Shown here: piece after piece, positions 1 through 20,424 of the stretch
How positions within the stretch are numbered: the stretch's first letter is position 1
Layout of the letters: each line of letters opens with the position of its first letter
DNA from: Marsupella aquatica
Lineage: Eukaryota; Plantae; Marchantiophyta
Direction of reading: 5' to 3'
Length of the DNA: 64,000 bases
Assembly: GCA_973895155.1 (NCBI GenBank)
Contig: OZ316894.1
Location: forward strand, 19,010,805 to 19,074,804
Translations under genes and position numbers: made by a program
Notes under the pieces: generated by a model
Told to the model about the DNA's origin: nothing
What the model saw: the letters and a program-made list of their open reading frames with translations, nothing else
Databases searched by the model: none

Positions 1-64
1 TGGTGGGCCAATGGAACCATCTCAACTTGAGTTGCCTGTCTAAGAAGCCCATCAGAGTGGTGCT

Positions 65-409
65 TGTTAGGATTTACTCTTAGGTCTGGAGTTACGACTG
101 TACCATAGTTAAGGCTAACCTTAATTGCAGACTTGGTTAGGTTAATCATGTTGTGCACACTCTATAACCAAGTGGTGTTTGCTTGGAGAGGTGGAACTCA
201 GGCTCATTCTTACAGAGCTAGTTGAGAGATAGAGAGAGCTTGTGTTGTGGATGCTTGGTATGGCCGGTCGGCCTAGAGTGCAGTAAAGCTCTTGTGTGTT
301 CCCGTGGACGTAGCCTCATGTGGAGGTAAACCACGTATCTCTCGGTGTCGACTCTTGTGCGTTGGATGGTTCATGGGCTAGTCGTTGCGATTGTCGTCGA
401 TGCTCAACA
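65..409 (+). repeat. 5' LTR of copia element
   Basis: Begins TGTTAG and ends CAACA; near-identical to 6028-6372 (about 15 substitutions by manual alignment). Confidence 0.96.
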
Positions 410-411
410 AT

Positions 412-423
412 TGGTATCAGAGC
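412..423 (+). promoter_or_regulatory. Primer binding site (initiator tRNA-Met type)
   Basis: TGGTATCAGAGC 2 nt downstream of the 5' LTR, the canonical plant tRNAiMet PBS. Confidence 0.92.
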
Positions 424-1507
424 ATGCTTGGGAGGTGACGAGGTCTTTTTCGTGACGGTTTTCCAGCGTTCATTGTTGGTGTTACATTCAGAGTTTCGTC
501 GCATGAAACTCGAATGTGTGTGGCTGAACGGATAGATTAGTGAGAGGGCTTTCTAACGGTGGTTAGAACTCGCTGATCGGAATCCGTGGTGCGGAGGAAT
601 CAAAGTTTGCTTCAATCTGGAGTTTTTTCGTGTTTGATGGTATTTTGGGGGAGAGACCAGAGATTGTTTTTTCAACGGTTTGAGTTGTGCGGTGCAGGAA
701 GCGTTGCATGTTATAGCTCATGTTGGAGGTTAAAGCGAGTTGTTCGTTTTGGTAGCTGAGTTGCTGTCGAGTGGTTACCGAGTGCGTCTTGACAAGTGAA
801 GGTGACGTTCAGATTTTTTCACAGGCTATGGAGCTTGTTCTCATCTGAACCGGGTTACTCGTTGTCACGTCCAACTCAGAGGAAGAAACGCAAAGTGCTA
901 TGGCTCAATATTTTGATCGCGACAAGACGGTCATTTTGAGTCCGGGATTGGCACTTGACGCGGAGTGAGTGTGACACGACGGAAGATTTTTTCTCTGCTG
1001 AGCTCGCAAATTGTGCCGGCGCAATTTGGCAACATTTCCCCTTCGGTGGTCATCGTTTTTACTCATGGAATTGGCGGCAGCAAGCAATGTTGGATGTTGG
1101 CAAATTGTGTTTCCTACGGCAACGTAACGCGCCGCGGAGAGGTGAGGTGCGGCGGCGACCTAGGGCACAAGGAAAATGACAAAGTTAGTGAACAGTAACT
1201 TTGTCCAGGAATTGCGGCGGGATTTTTGCAGCAACAGGGTTTCAAAGGATGACTCGAGGGAGCTTTGCCCCAAGGGAGACCCGAGAGAGCCTCGCCCCAA
1301 GGGCGACCCTAAGTAGGGTCGAACCAAGGGTGACCCGAGGGAGCCTCATTTCAAGGGCGACCAAAATTTGTATAACTTTTCCATCAAAGTTTGTTTTTGA
1401 TTTTGGTCTTCAGTGTTGGACTCCTAGCTTCGTGGGCTACGCATCAATGTTCAGTTTTGAGTTTTTTGAGAAATTGTGAAAAATGACATTTTTTGTGATT
1501 TTCTCAT

Positions 1508-4500
1508 ATGAGTGATTTGGAGGAGATTTTCGAAGACGTGGAACTTGAAGCATGAGGATCACCGCAGCGGTTTGAATTAGAGAGAGAGGAGCAGGAGGAA
1601 GAGCACGTGACACCAATACCATCACCGATGCGACGAGTGGTGGAGGAAGCAGTTCTACTACCAGAGCTCACGGTAGTGCCAAAGAAGAAGATGGGTACGT
1701 TCAAGCTTGGGGGACCCAAGTATGAAGTGACGAAGTATGATGGGCGCTCTGACTACTTGCTTTGGGAGAAGCAGGTGAAGGGAGTGCTCTATGCTTCAGG
1801 GATGGGCCAACTGTTGAGCCCTCGTGAAGACGATGTTGATGAGAAACAATGGGACCGCATGCAGGAGCAGGGAGTGTGGTGTGTTACACTCTATCTCATG
1901 CCTCCCGAGATGCCTCCCATCATCAAGCAGTTGGGTGCACATAAGGACTGCATGTCCTTGTTTGCGGAATTACAGAGCAAGTATCACCGCAAGGAGTTGT
2001 TTAACCGGCTCTATACTTCCTACAAACTGATGAGTTTCAGGATGAAGGAATCCGGTACAAAGTTGCAGGATCATGTGGATACCTTCAATGACATGGTTGT
2101 TGACTTGGAAAACCTTGGGGAGACTTTGAATGATGAGACAAAGGCTCTGCAGCTTCTCAGTTCATTGCCTCCATCTTACCAATCCCTATCACGGGTGTTG
2201 TTGCATCGTGATAGGGATACCATTTCCTACAATGACGTGGTAAGTTCTCAGCTTAGTGATGATCTTCAGCAAAAGATGCACATCACGTCACAGCCTTCAT
2301 CCTCTGGTACTGTCCTCAATGTTAACCATGGGAGGAGTATGCAACGACCAACTGGGGACCGTAGAACCTAGTTTAGATCTAAATCCAGATCTAAGTCCAG
2401 AGGCAAATCCCCTCAGAGAAGGCAAGTGACATGTTGAAAGGGCAACCAGATTGGACACTTCAAGCGAGACTGTAAGGGAAAGGCAGTTGAATCTTCATCG
2501 GCAAATGTGGCTAGGGCTGATGGAGATGTTGATTTACTCAATGATGAGTATGTATTATGATGCCAGGGGTATGCCTTGTGCACGTCATCTAGGAGAGCAG
2601 ATGATGTGTGGATTCTTGATTGTGCTTACTCTTTTCACATTTGTTACATTCAAGAGTTTTTCAGTTCTTACTCTGTTTCAAACGGTTGAGTCCTGATGAG
2701 AAATGATCACTCCTGTCAAATTGAGGGTATTGGGTCTGTGAAGATTCAAATGTTTGATGGCACTGTGCGCACAGTGTCCGAAGTCAGGTATGTAACTGGC
2801 ATGCGTAAGAATCTGATTTCACTGGGTGTGTTGGATTCAAATGGTCATCAATGGAGCGTTATTGATGGTGAACTTCAAGTCAGATCGGGAGAGACAGTGA
2901 TCTTGAAGGGGAGCAGACAAAAGAATTTGTATATATTGCAGGGAAATACTGTATGTGGAGAGGCCAATGTAACCAAGTCTCACGAGGAGATGACTCAACT
3001 ATGGCATTCACGGCTAGGCCACATGAGTGAGAAGGGTTTGGCTATCTTATAGAAGAATGGACTCATTTCTAATTTGCAATCTTGTAAATTAGAGTTCTGT
3101 GAGCATTGCATTCTTGGAAAGCAGCATCGTCATACTTTCGGTGTTGGAACACATCATTCCAAGGCGGTTCTTGAGTACATACATAGTGACGTGTGGGGTC
3201 CATCCCTGACTCCCTCACACTCTGGAAAGTTGTACTATGTATCATTTATTGACAATTACTCAAGATTTGTGTGAATTTATTTCATGACGCATAAGTTTGA
3301 TGTTTTATCCATTTTTAAGAAGTAGAAGGCCCAGGTGGAGAATCAGATTGGAAACACGGTCACGTGTTTGGATATAAGGGTGAAGAGTCTGAGGTCAAAC
3401 AACGGCGGGGAGTACACTTCAGTGGAATTTGAAGAGTACTGTTCAGAATAGTGGATAACTCGCCATCTCACCATAGTTTATACTCTGCAATAGAATGGTG
3501 TCGCTGAGAGGCTCAATCGGACACTGTTGGAGCGGTCACGGAGTATGTTGAGCCAATCAGGTTTACCACAAGAATTTTGGGCAGAAGCTGTCAATACCAC
3601 AACTTATTTGGTAAATCTTTCTCCTTCTAGTGCTATCAATTTCAAAACGCCGTTTGAGATGCACTATAAGCGGCAAGCAGACTATCATGGCTTGGTAGTT
3701 TTTGGAAGTGATGCATATGCTCTCACACCAAAGCAGAATAGGACCAAGTTGGATCCTACCTCCAAGAAATGTATTTTTCTTGGGTACCAGAGTGGTGTGA
3801 AAGCCTATAGGCTATGGGATCCTATTGTCTGTAAGCTCGTTGTCAGTAGGGATGTTTCCTTTAATGAATCCAGACTATTGAAGGAGGGAGAGAATACTCA
3901 GGTCTCCCGTATTTACAAAGGAAAATATCCTATCTCGGATCTCATTAATGGGGAGATTGGTCATGAGGTGCATGACCGGAGAGAAGGAATTGCTCCAATT
4001 ATGGAGCTGGTTCCTGTGCCAGAGGAATCAGAGGAGTTTGTTGATGCTGGTGAGCAACAAGTCGATGCTGCTGAGCTTCAAATTGTACCAGCACACGCAG
4101 ATCAACCGGAGTCATCGGCTAGAAGAACATCTGATCGCATTGTACGCGCTCCACCAATTAGGTATGGACAGTGGGTTGATTCATCTCAGTTGCAAGAGGA
4201 GGATTTTGTTACTGAAGATGAGGGTGATGCATTGATACTAGAAGAAGGGGAACCTTCTTCATTTCATGAGGCAAGTGCTTCTAAGGAGAAGCAAAAGTGG
4301 ACTGTAGCAATGCAAACGGAGATGCAGTCACTAAAGGACAACAAAACTTGGGAGCTTGTCAAGCTGCCTGAGGGACAGCAAGTGGTGGACAGCAAGTGGA
4401 TATACAAGCTAAAAGATCAGTCCATAGGAGGTGGATCAAAGGTCTACAAGGCTAGGTTGGTAGCCAAATGATTCACACAGGAAAAAGGTGTGAATTATAA

Positions 4501-5836
4501 TGAGGTCTTCTCACCAGTTGCTAAGTATTCAACAATACGGCTATTATGTGTGCTTGTTGTAATATTTGGTCTGTTGCTAGATCAGATGGATGTTGTCACA
4601 GCCTTCCTCTATGGCACCTTGGGAGAGGTGATCTTCATGAGATAGCCGCTAGGTTTTGTGAAGAGAGGGCAAGAGGATTTGGTTTGCAGATTGTTGAGAT
4701 CCTTGTACAGGTTGAAGCAGTCACCAAGATAGTGGAATAAGCGGTTTGATGATTGTATTCGTGCACAAGGCTTTCACAGGAGTGTGTTTGACCCATGTGT
4801 GTATCTTAAACCAGTGAAGAATGTTGTCTTTGGGTTCATTGTTTTAGTACTTTATGTGGATGACATGCTTATTGCGGCCAAGGATAGGTCTGAGATTGTT
4901 AAGCTCAAGGCACTGCTAAGTGCAGAGTTTAAGATGAAGGACTTAGGGCCAGCTAAGAGGATTTTGGGTATGGAAATCACTAGGGACTTGGAGGCTGGCA
5001 AGCTATGGTTGACATAGAGCAATTATGCGAGGACGGTAATTGCAAGGTTCAACATGGGGGATAGCAAGCCAGTAAGTACCCCGTTGGCTCCACACTTCAA
5101 GTTGTCATCAGCATTCTGTCCTACGGATGAGACAGAGAAGGGGCTGATATCAAAGGTTCCTTATGACAAGGCAGTGGGGAGTCTCATGTATTTGATGACC
5201 TGCACTAGACTTGATCTTGCCATGGCTATGGGCAAGGTGAGCAGGTACATGTCGAATCCAGGGAAGGTACACTGGGAAGCAGTGAAGTGGATTATTCGGT
5301 ACTTAAAGGGTACCATGGATCATGGTCTATTGTTTGATGCACATGCTGATAATGCTAGATCATTGATGGGCTATGTAAATTCTGACTATGCATAGGATCT
5401 GGATCGGAGGAGGTCAACAACAGGTTATGTGTTCACACTAGGAGGTTGATGCATCAGTTGGAGGTCTACTCTGCAAAAGTGTATTGCTCAGTCTACTACA
5501 GAAGCGGAGTATGTTGCAGCAGCGGAAGCAGCAAAGGAAGCGATTTGGTTGGATAGACTGATCACTGAGATGAGATTGCCACAGGGGAATGTGAAGCTCC
5601 ATTGTGATAGTCAGAATGCGCTCCATCTTGCTGTGAACCAGGTAATGGACAGCAGAGTGAAGCACATCGATGTCAGGTACCATTTTCTCAAGCAGGCTGT
5701 GTCTGATAATCAGTTTGAGCTAGTCAAGATTGACGGTAAACTCAACCTGGCTGACGCTTTTACCAAAGTGATTCCTTTGGAGAGTTTTTCTAGACATCGT
5801 GATGCGTTGAAGGTTTTGCAATTGCCTCACAAGTAG
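1508..5836 (+). pseudogene. Copia gag-pol polyprotein pseudogene (many premature stops)
   Basis: ORF pieces 1607, 2696, 3074, 3527, 4784, 5054 and 5549 all share one frame. Motifs: gag (KYDGRSDYLLWEKQ; LLSSLPPSY), degenerate zinc knuckle (GHFKRDC), protease (WILDCAYSFHIC), GAG-pre-integrase (LWHSRLGHMS), integrase (YIHSDVWGP...FIDNYSR...GVAERLNRT), RT (VLYVDDML), RNaseH (LHCDSQNA...KHIDVRYHF). Confidence 0.95.
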
Positions 5837-6016
5837 GGTTACTTTACATTTGTGTAGATATTGAGATATGCTCTTGCTCATTCCTTGTATGAGCTACGGC
5901 TCAGTTCTGGTCTACTCTCGTATAAAGAGGGAAAAACCGGTTTGGTTTTTCTTTCCAGAACTTCCCGCTGAGCAATCATATAGGTTGCAGTCTTTACCCT
6001 CCCCTAGACCAGAGTC

Positions 6017-6026
6017 AAGGGGGAGA
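6017..6026 (+). other. Polypurine tract of copia element
   Basis: AAGGGGGAGA immediately before the 3' LTR. Confidence 0.88.
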
Positions 6027-6027
6027 T

Positions 6028-6372
6028 TGTTAGGATTTACTCTTAGGTCTAGAGTTACGACTGTACCGTAGTTAAGGCTAACCTTAGTTGCAAACTTAGT
6101 TAGGTTAGTCATGCTGTGCACACTCTATAACCAAGTGGTGTTTGCTTGGAGAGGTGGAACTCAGGCTCATTCTTACGGAGCTAGTTGAGAGATAGAGAGA
6201 GCTTGTGATGTGGATGTTTGGTATGGCCGGTCGGCCTAGAGTGCAGTAAAGCTCTTGTGTGTTCCCGTGGACATAGCCTCATGTGGAGGTGAACCACGTA
6301 TTTCTCGGTGTCGACTCTTGTGCGTTGGATGGTTCATGGGCTAGCCGTTGCGATTGTCGTCGATGCTCAATA
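6028..6372 (+). repeat. 3' LTR of copia element
   Basis: 345-bp copy of the 5' LTR with the terminal CA mutated to TA; followed by TSD GTGCT. Confidence 0.96.
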
Positions 6373-6377
6373 GTGCT

Positions 6378-6666
6378 CAATATCTCAAGAACAAGGGGGA
6401 GGAAGCTGTCTGCTGAAGTCTGTGTGGCATCTTTGCCTCTTAGTTTTGTCCTGGCTTCCTGTACATGTTGTTATTGCCCTGGCCGCTGTTGCCAATATCC
6501 CGATGATGTCTTTGCGCAAAGATTTGGACACCACAGCATCAGCCAAGGTATACCAGCCATCACGGACCACGGTAGGATCAACCCGTAATGGCTATGGTGA
6601 AGGACCAAGGAAATCGCGCACCACCTCCCTCTGCACGTGTACCAAAGTCCTGAAGAGAAGGAGCAG
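6378..6666 (-). mobile_element. Degenerate fragment of a CRE-like non-LTR retrotransposon (endonuclease region), interrupted by the copia insertion; continues at 1-59
   Basis: Minus-strand translation MVRDGWYTLADAVVSKSLRKDIIGILAT aligns with MVREGQRTLADVVVENPLRQDIIGTAAT of the element near 61.1 kb. Shared DNA seeds include AAGAAGCCCATCA (before the 5' LTR), GGGGAGGAAGCTGTC and ACCACCTCCC (after the 3' LTR). Confidence 0.8.
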
Positions 6667-9600
6667 GAAAATCCATTTTTGCATGAAATTGTCATACTTT
6701 TGAAAAGTGAACTCATTCTCTAGCTTTAGAGCCACTTCTGTGGGCCTCTATGGAATATGGTGTCCCCATTTTTGTTTTATTGTTTGAAGGAATAAAGGTC
6801 TCTAGGGATCTTCTTCTCCAAAAACATTGATCAATGCCAAAATTGTGCCCCCAATTGTGTTGCACCTATTGACACTTTTCACAGTATGTAATCTCACACA
6901 CCCTATTTAAGGACGGAAATGTTCTGGAAGTAAGGGTGAATAGTGCCTGTGATACTCAAAGTGTGTGATAGTAACTAATCCTGCCACCCATCAATACTCT
7001 TCCCCATTCTCCTCACACTCAATACTTTACTTGTAACTCACTTATATAGCATGTTCATTCTACTACATGCCTATTTTGACTTATAAAAAAATTGGAATGA
7101 GTAGACATTTTAACTTAACTAGTTTATAAAAAACAAGTATTGAAGAATGATTAGAAGAAAGTTAATGCACATCTTTTTAAAATGAGAAAAATACAGTACA
7201 ATATTTGAAGACATGTGCATTAATATCAAGATATTAGTCGATGTACTTGTATAAGTACAGCAACACTTTATGATTCAATTCAAAGGGAAGAGGGTGAACT
7301 ACTGAACTTTGTTTTTTTTAATTTCTGGCTCTATTTGGGGCTCTCTATTTAGGTGACATCTGTTCATCAATAAACCATGAATAATGTAAATTCTATAACC
7401 AATGACATATAAGGTGCACTCTTCAATGAATAGTGTACTAGTTGTTTGGTTGAAGGGTCTAACCTTCTCTCATGCAGGTAAGGAAATATGCCCCTCAAAA
7501 TGCTAAGAAAAATAGAGGAGACCTAATAAAAACTAAGGACATTAAAAAAGTTAAAGGGGCTGCCAAAAAAATGCAAAGAAAAATAGAGGAGACTTAAGCT
7601 TCCAAAAATAATTAACTTTTAAATAATATATAGCTAAAGCATGGACTAGACCAAATGAACATAAAAATACATTTCTATGAATCAAACAAGATAGCCAAAG
7701 AGTGTCCCGCCATTATAGCAGCCTCACTTATTATTCAATGAAGTCATGAACATTAGGATATTGGCCAATAGAATTCCTCTATGAAATGTTTGACAAATGA
7801 TGCTGTAAGTGATTCATATTCATCATTTGTATTTTAGAACGAGTCATTCTAAAATACACGAACTACAAAAAAACCAAAAAAAACACAAGAACCACAATCA
7901 AGTTTAGCTGCCGTCGTGTTGCCTGAAAATTCTGTTGCCTTAAAGTGTGTTACTGTCTACTGTAGATTTTGGAAAATCTGTGGTTACAGTGCTGTGAGAC
8001 TAATTTTCTGACGAGACTGACACATAAAAGTATACATTGTTTCAGCTCAATATATAGAAAGTTCATTCAAGGCACAAGATGATGATGTGACAAAGATCGC
8101 GTCACCCCCTTCAGACAGCGCGTAGGTCGACCACTAGATCTCTTGTGAAGTCAAGTATCGATTATCGTGCCTAAAAATGAAGTACTCAAGCAGTTTACTA
8201 ATTATTTGCCACAGACTGACAACTATAAATATAAAGTGCAGTTTTGGTTTAGCTCTACGATCATGATAGTCACAAAGATTACGTCACCCTCTTAGTAGAG
8301 CAAGTAGGTCGCCTAGTAGAACTCTTGTCATGAAGTCATCAACCCTACCTAGAAATAAAGAAACATTGCGTGCGATAGAGAGTTTGAGTGATAGAGTCTC
8401 AGATTCTCATTGGTCAGGGAGGGCAAATTGACTTGAATCACAGCAATAGATAATCATACGAGTGGGACCTTTAGTATTTCCATGGCGCCATGACTAATAA
8501 GATGGAGGTGCTTAATAAGACAAAATATGGATTGACACAAGACAGACAGTGCAAACTGCACTTGAATTTCCATAGTTAACCCAATCTAGTTCGCGACTAA
8601 GGTCAACATTAATTATGGTTACAATCAGAATTTAAGCATTAAATATTTTTTGCGCAACTCCCAACTTGTCATTTTGCCAACACCTTGCAAACTCTTCAAA
8701 ATTGAAGACAACAGTGCCTACTTGCCATAGGGCTTGACTACCTGGCCACAGTTCTGCTTGATAGTGTGCAAAGCACTGACCTTGCACTGGTAAAAAATAT
8801 GTTAAGAAAGACCTTGCAATGGTAATAAATATGTTAAGAAATTGCTGCCCCACGCCAAAATCCAACCTCCAAAACATGGTGGGCTGGAAAAACAATGTCC
8901 TGGTTTAGGAGGTGATGACGAAGCAGATTAAATTTGAGGATCTGCAGCCTCCGCCTAATTTTTTAATTTGAGAGAAATGCTCCAGACAACGGTATCTACA
9001 GTTGACATAGGTCGCAAACACACACGTTGGCCAGGCATCAGCAAGATAACCCAAAAAAATCGATAGAGAAGCTTTTTGGTCAGGAAGAATTAAATCGACC
9101 ATCTGCAAAAGAAACAGGTCAGAATAACTTTAACTTTTCAAATATCGAGAACAGTCAACTAAGTTACCACCTAATGTCAGTCCACTTAAATTCTGTAATT
9201 AAAGTAGTATAAAGTATAAAACCATCAACTACATGTCACTACGAAAAATGCACGTGAGTTGCGTACTGTAACTAATCACAGTCTGTAAAGCATAAATTGA
9301 TTTCGTAGGTATGTGACTATCGTACTGTAGCTACACATCCCATAATGCTGGATTAGTTCAGTACAGTACTTTCCTTCCCAACAATCATTGTCCCGTACAC
9401 AGTACAGAATTCTTTTCTACTGGACACTGTCGTCAACTAATTGATCTGGAAGGGGAAAGTTCTCTTTCAAACTACAAAGGAAGAGGTTTATGGTCACATT
9501 AAAAAATTTGAAATCCAAATGTGCACGCACTTTCTTGCGGGCCTTACTTCCAAGGAGGACTTATATCATGCGATTTTGTTTCTAGAAATAAACATCTTAA

Positions 9601-12501
9601 AACATAGGTATTTGTTTTGAAAAAATATATTTTATACCTAAATGTACAAAATATTTTAAGAATATTCATATATTTGGCTTTAAAAAACCTTGTAAAGCTG
9701 AGGTTTGCCCAAAACTTCTATCAAAAGCCTAATTGTTTGTAAGCATTGTTGTCAATATATACAAACTCTAACTGCAGTGGCAAACGGTTGTTTCAACAGT
9801 GGACTCATAGTTGACCACATTTGATTGATGTTCAAACAATGGTAGAAATCCTGGGTTCCACAATAGAGTTCTCATTTTATAAGGACCGAAAATCTCACTA
9901 TAAAAAAGTTTGACACAAAATGATATCTTTGGTGGGCCCCCAAGGCCCATTGGAAGAGAAATTGAAAGTTTTGGTTCACACAGACGCAACTTTTCCTCAA
10001 GAGGGCCATTACATATATGTGTACAACTATGGCCACGAGAAACGAGAGTTGGGGCATAAGTTTCTCAATCTGATCCCCATCAAAAGAAAGAGTTGTGGTC
10101 TAGGCTTCTAGAGTGAAGACTCTAGACCCTGTCTAGGACTGCACCAAAATTATGACACGCTTTCTAGGACCCCACCAAAATTTATGGGGATGAAAAGAAA
10201 AATGAATTATTATATATATGTCAAAGTGATGATGTTTCTCATCATTGATGAGCAAACATGATGAACACGATGCTAGTTTCCGTCATTTGTGTTGAACATT
10301 CAGAGAACGGGAATTGAGGCTCGCATCTCTAAATTTTTCCAGGAATCTCAATCCGCAAGGGTAGTGTGTGGTAGTGTGGTACTGCGGTGGCTAGATATGA
10401 GTGAAGAGATAATTTTGTGGGCACGTGGACGGGCAAGCTACACGCTAGAGTCGAGAAAAAAGGTTTTGCAAGGGCATAGAAAGAGCAGTAGTAATCATTC
10501 AGTTCGGTGGGCTTTTGCCTGGGGATTCGGGAGGAGTGAAGAATGCTAGTCATGCATCAGTGATGCGGTGGGCTTTGCCTGGGGATACGGGAGGACTGAA
10601 GAATGCTAATCATACATCAGTGATGCGGAAACTCACAGCTGGTGCTGCTGTTGCAGAATGATATCACCGAATGCACGAGGCTGCAAGCATGAAGGTCAAC
10701 TGAGAACGTGTGCTTCTGCCTAACGTAGGCAAAGCCTACATGAAACAAGAGGTAGGGCCTGACTGTTATTCGCTTGTGCAAACCACGAGCTTTAGTGCTG
10801 TTTTTTTTGTGATTCTATGAGTTCGGTACTAAGCCTTGTGGCTTTGTGATCGACTGTCTGATGCGGAAGTCTACCAGAACGGTGTTCTCCCGTGCTTCCA
10901 TCTGTTGAGTTACTCTGCTTCAAATTTTTGGCTTTGTGATCGACTTTCTGATGCGGAAGTATATAATACAGGATTTTCCCCTCCTGCTTGAATTTGTTGA
11001 GTGAACCTGCTTCGATTTGCTGATCACTGCTACAATATGGGTAGATTTGAGCTAGCTCGATCGCCATGCTGAAGAATGAGCGATGACAATTTACTAGGCA
11101 TGGACCTCCGCAGTTGACCCACAGTAACGATTTTGTCCGATCATGGCCTGGATTCAACAGATTCAATCACGGTCGGTGAGTGGCTGTTGAATTCTGAGAA
11201 TCCTGGCCTTGCCGTGCTGCTCTCGGTGAACCTCCTGACACGTCAATTATGAGCTTGTCATTATCACGCAACTTTAGGTACTGGAAGTTGTTGAGGATTC
11301 GTCTTCTTCCTGTCCTCCTGGCCCTGATGTCATTAGAGGCACGATGTGCTTACCACTGTAGACCTGCTACTGAGATTCGAGGTTAGTGTTAGGGGACGAG
11401 TCCCAAGGAAGATCGTGCTTCCTTACGTCGTCCGCATGCGGTTCAGGCACTTGAACTGACGATGCAGCGTTAAGACGGAGTGTGGCTTGCAAGTCCTCCG
11501 TTCACGCTAGCATGTCTCTCCAGAGGTGCGATTTGAAGTTCGACACCTCGATGAGCAGTCTTCGGAAATCACAAATTTCTATCTGCGAGGAAGACATTGG
11601 GCTCACAGCTTTGTCTTTCGAATTTTATAGCGCTCCTTCGAGCCGGCTCTTTGGTTGGGTACTGTTTTTTGATGATGTTGAGATCGCTGCAGTAATCTTG
11701 ATAACGGGAACGCCGTTGAACTGGGTTCATCTCCGCCCGGTTCAGCTCAGACGTTGGCACAGGCCTTATGTTGGACCGTTTTGGTTGCTTATCTCTCCTA
11801 AAGCAGTTGATCTTTAATATCCACCTTCCGATTATTGTGTATTTATTAAACAAGAAATTTCGCGAGAAGTGGGCGATGAACTCAAAGAGTGGAATTATTA
11901 CCCTTATTGATTCGAACGTAGAGCTCCAGTAGTTTCGAAGAATGACCAGCGGGCAATCGCCGAATTGCATTGACGAGTTTCGAGTTTAGTGACAACATGA
12001 TTGTCTGCTGTTTTGAGTCGTCCTACTATTGCACTTCATATTGTTTCATACGAGCTTTGGTTGGTACTTCTGTAAGATGAAGGCATGACGAGATTGAAAC
12101 TAGATTTGTTTCAGCACAATTGGAAGATTGTGAGCAGGGCATTCCATCGATCATTTTGCGCGTTTTCGGATGCTGACTGGAGAAATTTTCAGTGCTCATT
12201 CTCTGCAAAGGTCAAGTTTGGAGGCTAGCTTCTCGAGACATCTGTTATTGGAATGGTCATTTCTGACAGTGGGAAATATGTTTTGCAGAGCAACGGCTGT
12301 AAATATGTCGCTTCACGATGCTCAAATCTTGCAGAGGCAGAGGCAGAGGCAGAGGCAGAGTAGCTGCTGCCATCGTGAGAATGAGTTCAAGTGATTTGGT
12401 CCATTGAAGCCTCGGTTGTTCTTGTGACCGTTAACTACTAATGCAGTAGATTCCAGGTTCTAATAGATAGCATCATCCCTCGCTCTAATTAGGGAGGCAC
12501 T

Positions 12502-19397
<6,896 letters not shown>

Positions 19398-20424
19398 GCT
19401 CTCCTTTCGTGGAAGTGGTTACCTTCTAACATCATGGACGGTAATCAAATCACCATTCAAATAGTTACAGTTAAATTATCATACTTCGGGAGACTTGTGA
19501 CGCTCAGCATTCAGGTTCAACTCCTCTTCGGGAACTTCTGATCATTTATTCTCCGAGTTACTTCTTCGTATAGAAACCCGGGGAGTGTCAACAGATTTTG
19601 AGCGATATGCAATCGCTTGAAAGCTGCGTTTCTTATGATGCGGCACAAGACCCCAATTGCACTATTCCTCCCTCCCATCAATGAAGAAACAAGATTTCCA
19701 AATGTTCTCTGAAATGCCAAAGATTTCAGTGACTGAAAGAGGTTCATTCTCGAAGTCATACTTACTTGACATAATTAATGGATCCCGTGTCAATGTTCAG
19801 ATACGTCAATGCAATAATTAATTTGAAAGCTTGGTTAACTGCGTACCATTCATCTCTGAAAAGGTACATGTGACGGTCGGATTTATCTGCTCTGGCAGTA
19901 AAGTACGGATTTTTACTTTCAGACCTACGGCATAGTCGAGGACACCATGGATACGTCATTGGAATCATGTGAGTCCTGAGATTATGTAATTCGAGAAGTT
20001 CAGATACGAGAACACATTGTGATGAATTACTGCCAGTAGACCTTAGGTACGGAGACTTGATTGTTTAAAGCAACTTGTGCAAATGGCCAGTAAGGGTTTT
20101 GGGTTTCAGGTTGTCAAAAATCCTGGTCAATTACATTCATGTCTACTCAGAATCTAAGGACAGCCGTAAGCATTGTTCCGAAAAATACCTACAAGAATGT
20201 ATTGGTCCATCACTTACATCCTTGGCTCTCCCCCATGGAACTGGATAATCCTATCCCGGCTTGAAGTCGAATCTCAAGAGCACACGTTGTAGGTTAGCTT
20301 ATGTTCAGATAGAAATTTTTGAGCTGGAATTGGTCAATTCAAGTTTTCAAATCAGTGAAACCTTCCCACCTGCCACAAATGCCAGAGGAAGTAACAAGTA
20401 AAACCTATACTGACCTCGAAACCA

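Larger units (their letters stand above)
65..6372 (+). mobile_element. Full-length Ty1/copia LTR retrotransposon, decayed
   Basis: Two 345-bp LTRs (65-409 TG...CA; 6028-6372 TG...TA) and a 5-bp TSD GTGCT (60-64 and 6373-6377). PBS TGGTATCAGAGC follows the 5' LTR and PPT AAGGGGGAGA precedes the 3' LTR. Domain order is gag-PR-INT-RT-RNaseH, diagnostic of copia. Confidence 0.97.

Noticed and set aside
316-1479. Short ORFs in the LTR and 5' leader, and degenerate CAAGGG..ACCC repeats at ~1245-1365
   Set aside because: They lie in the non-coding LTR/leader of the copia element; leader tandem repeats are common and no protein motifs are recognisable.
8080-10960. Several short local duplications (8085/8270, 10505/10566, 10839/10929) and AT-rich TE-like sequence
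   Set aside because: Ordinary intergenic tandem duplications with no termini, TSD or coding capacity to classify them.
11482-11970. ORFs upstream of ABCC as a possible TMD0 exon or separate gene
   Set aside because: No convincing multi-TM pattern, no recognisable motif, and no splice path into 12493 that I can support.
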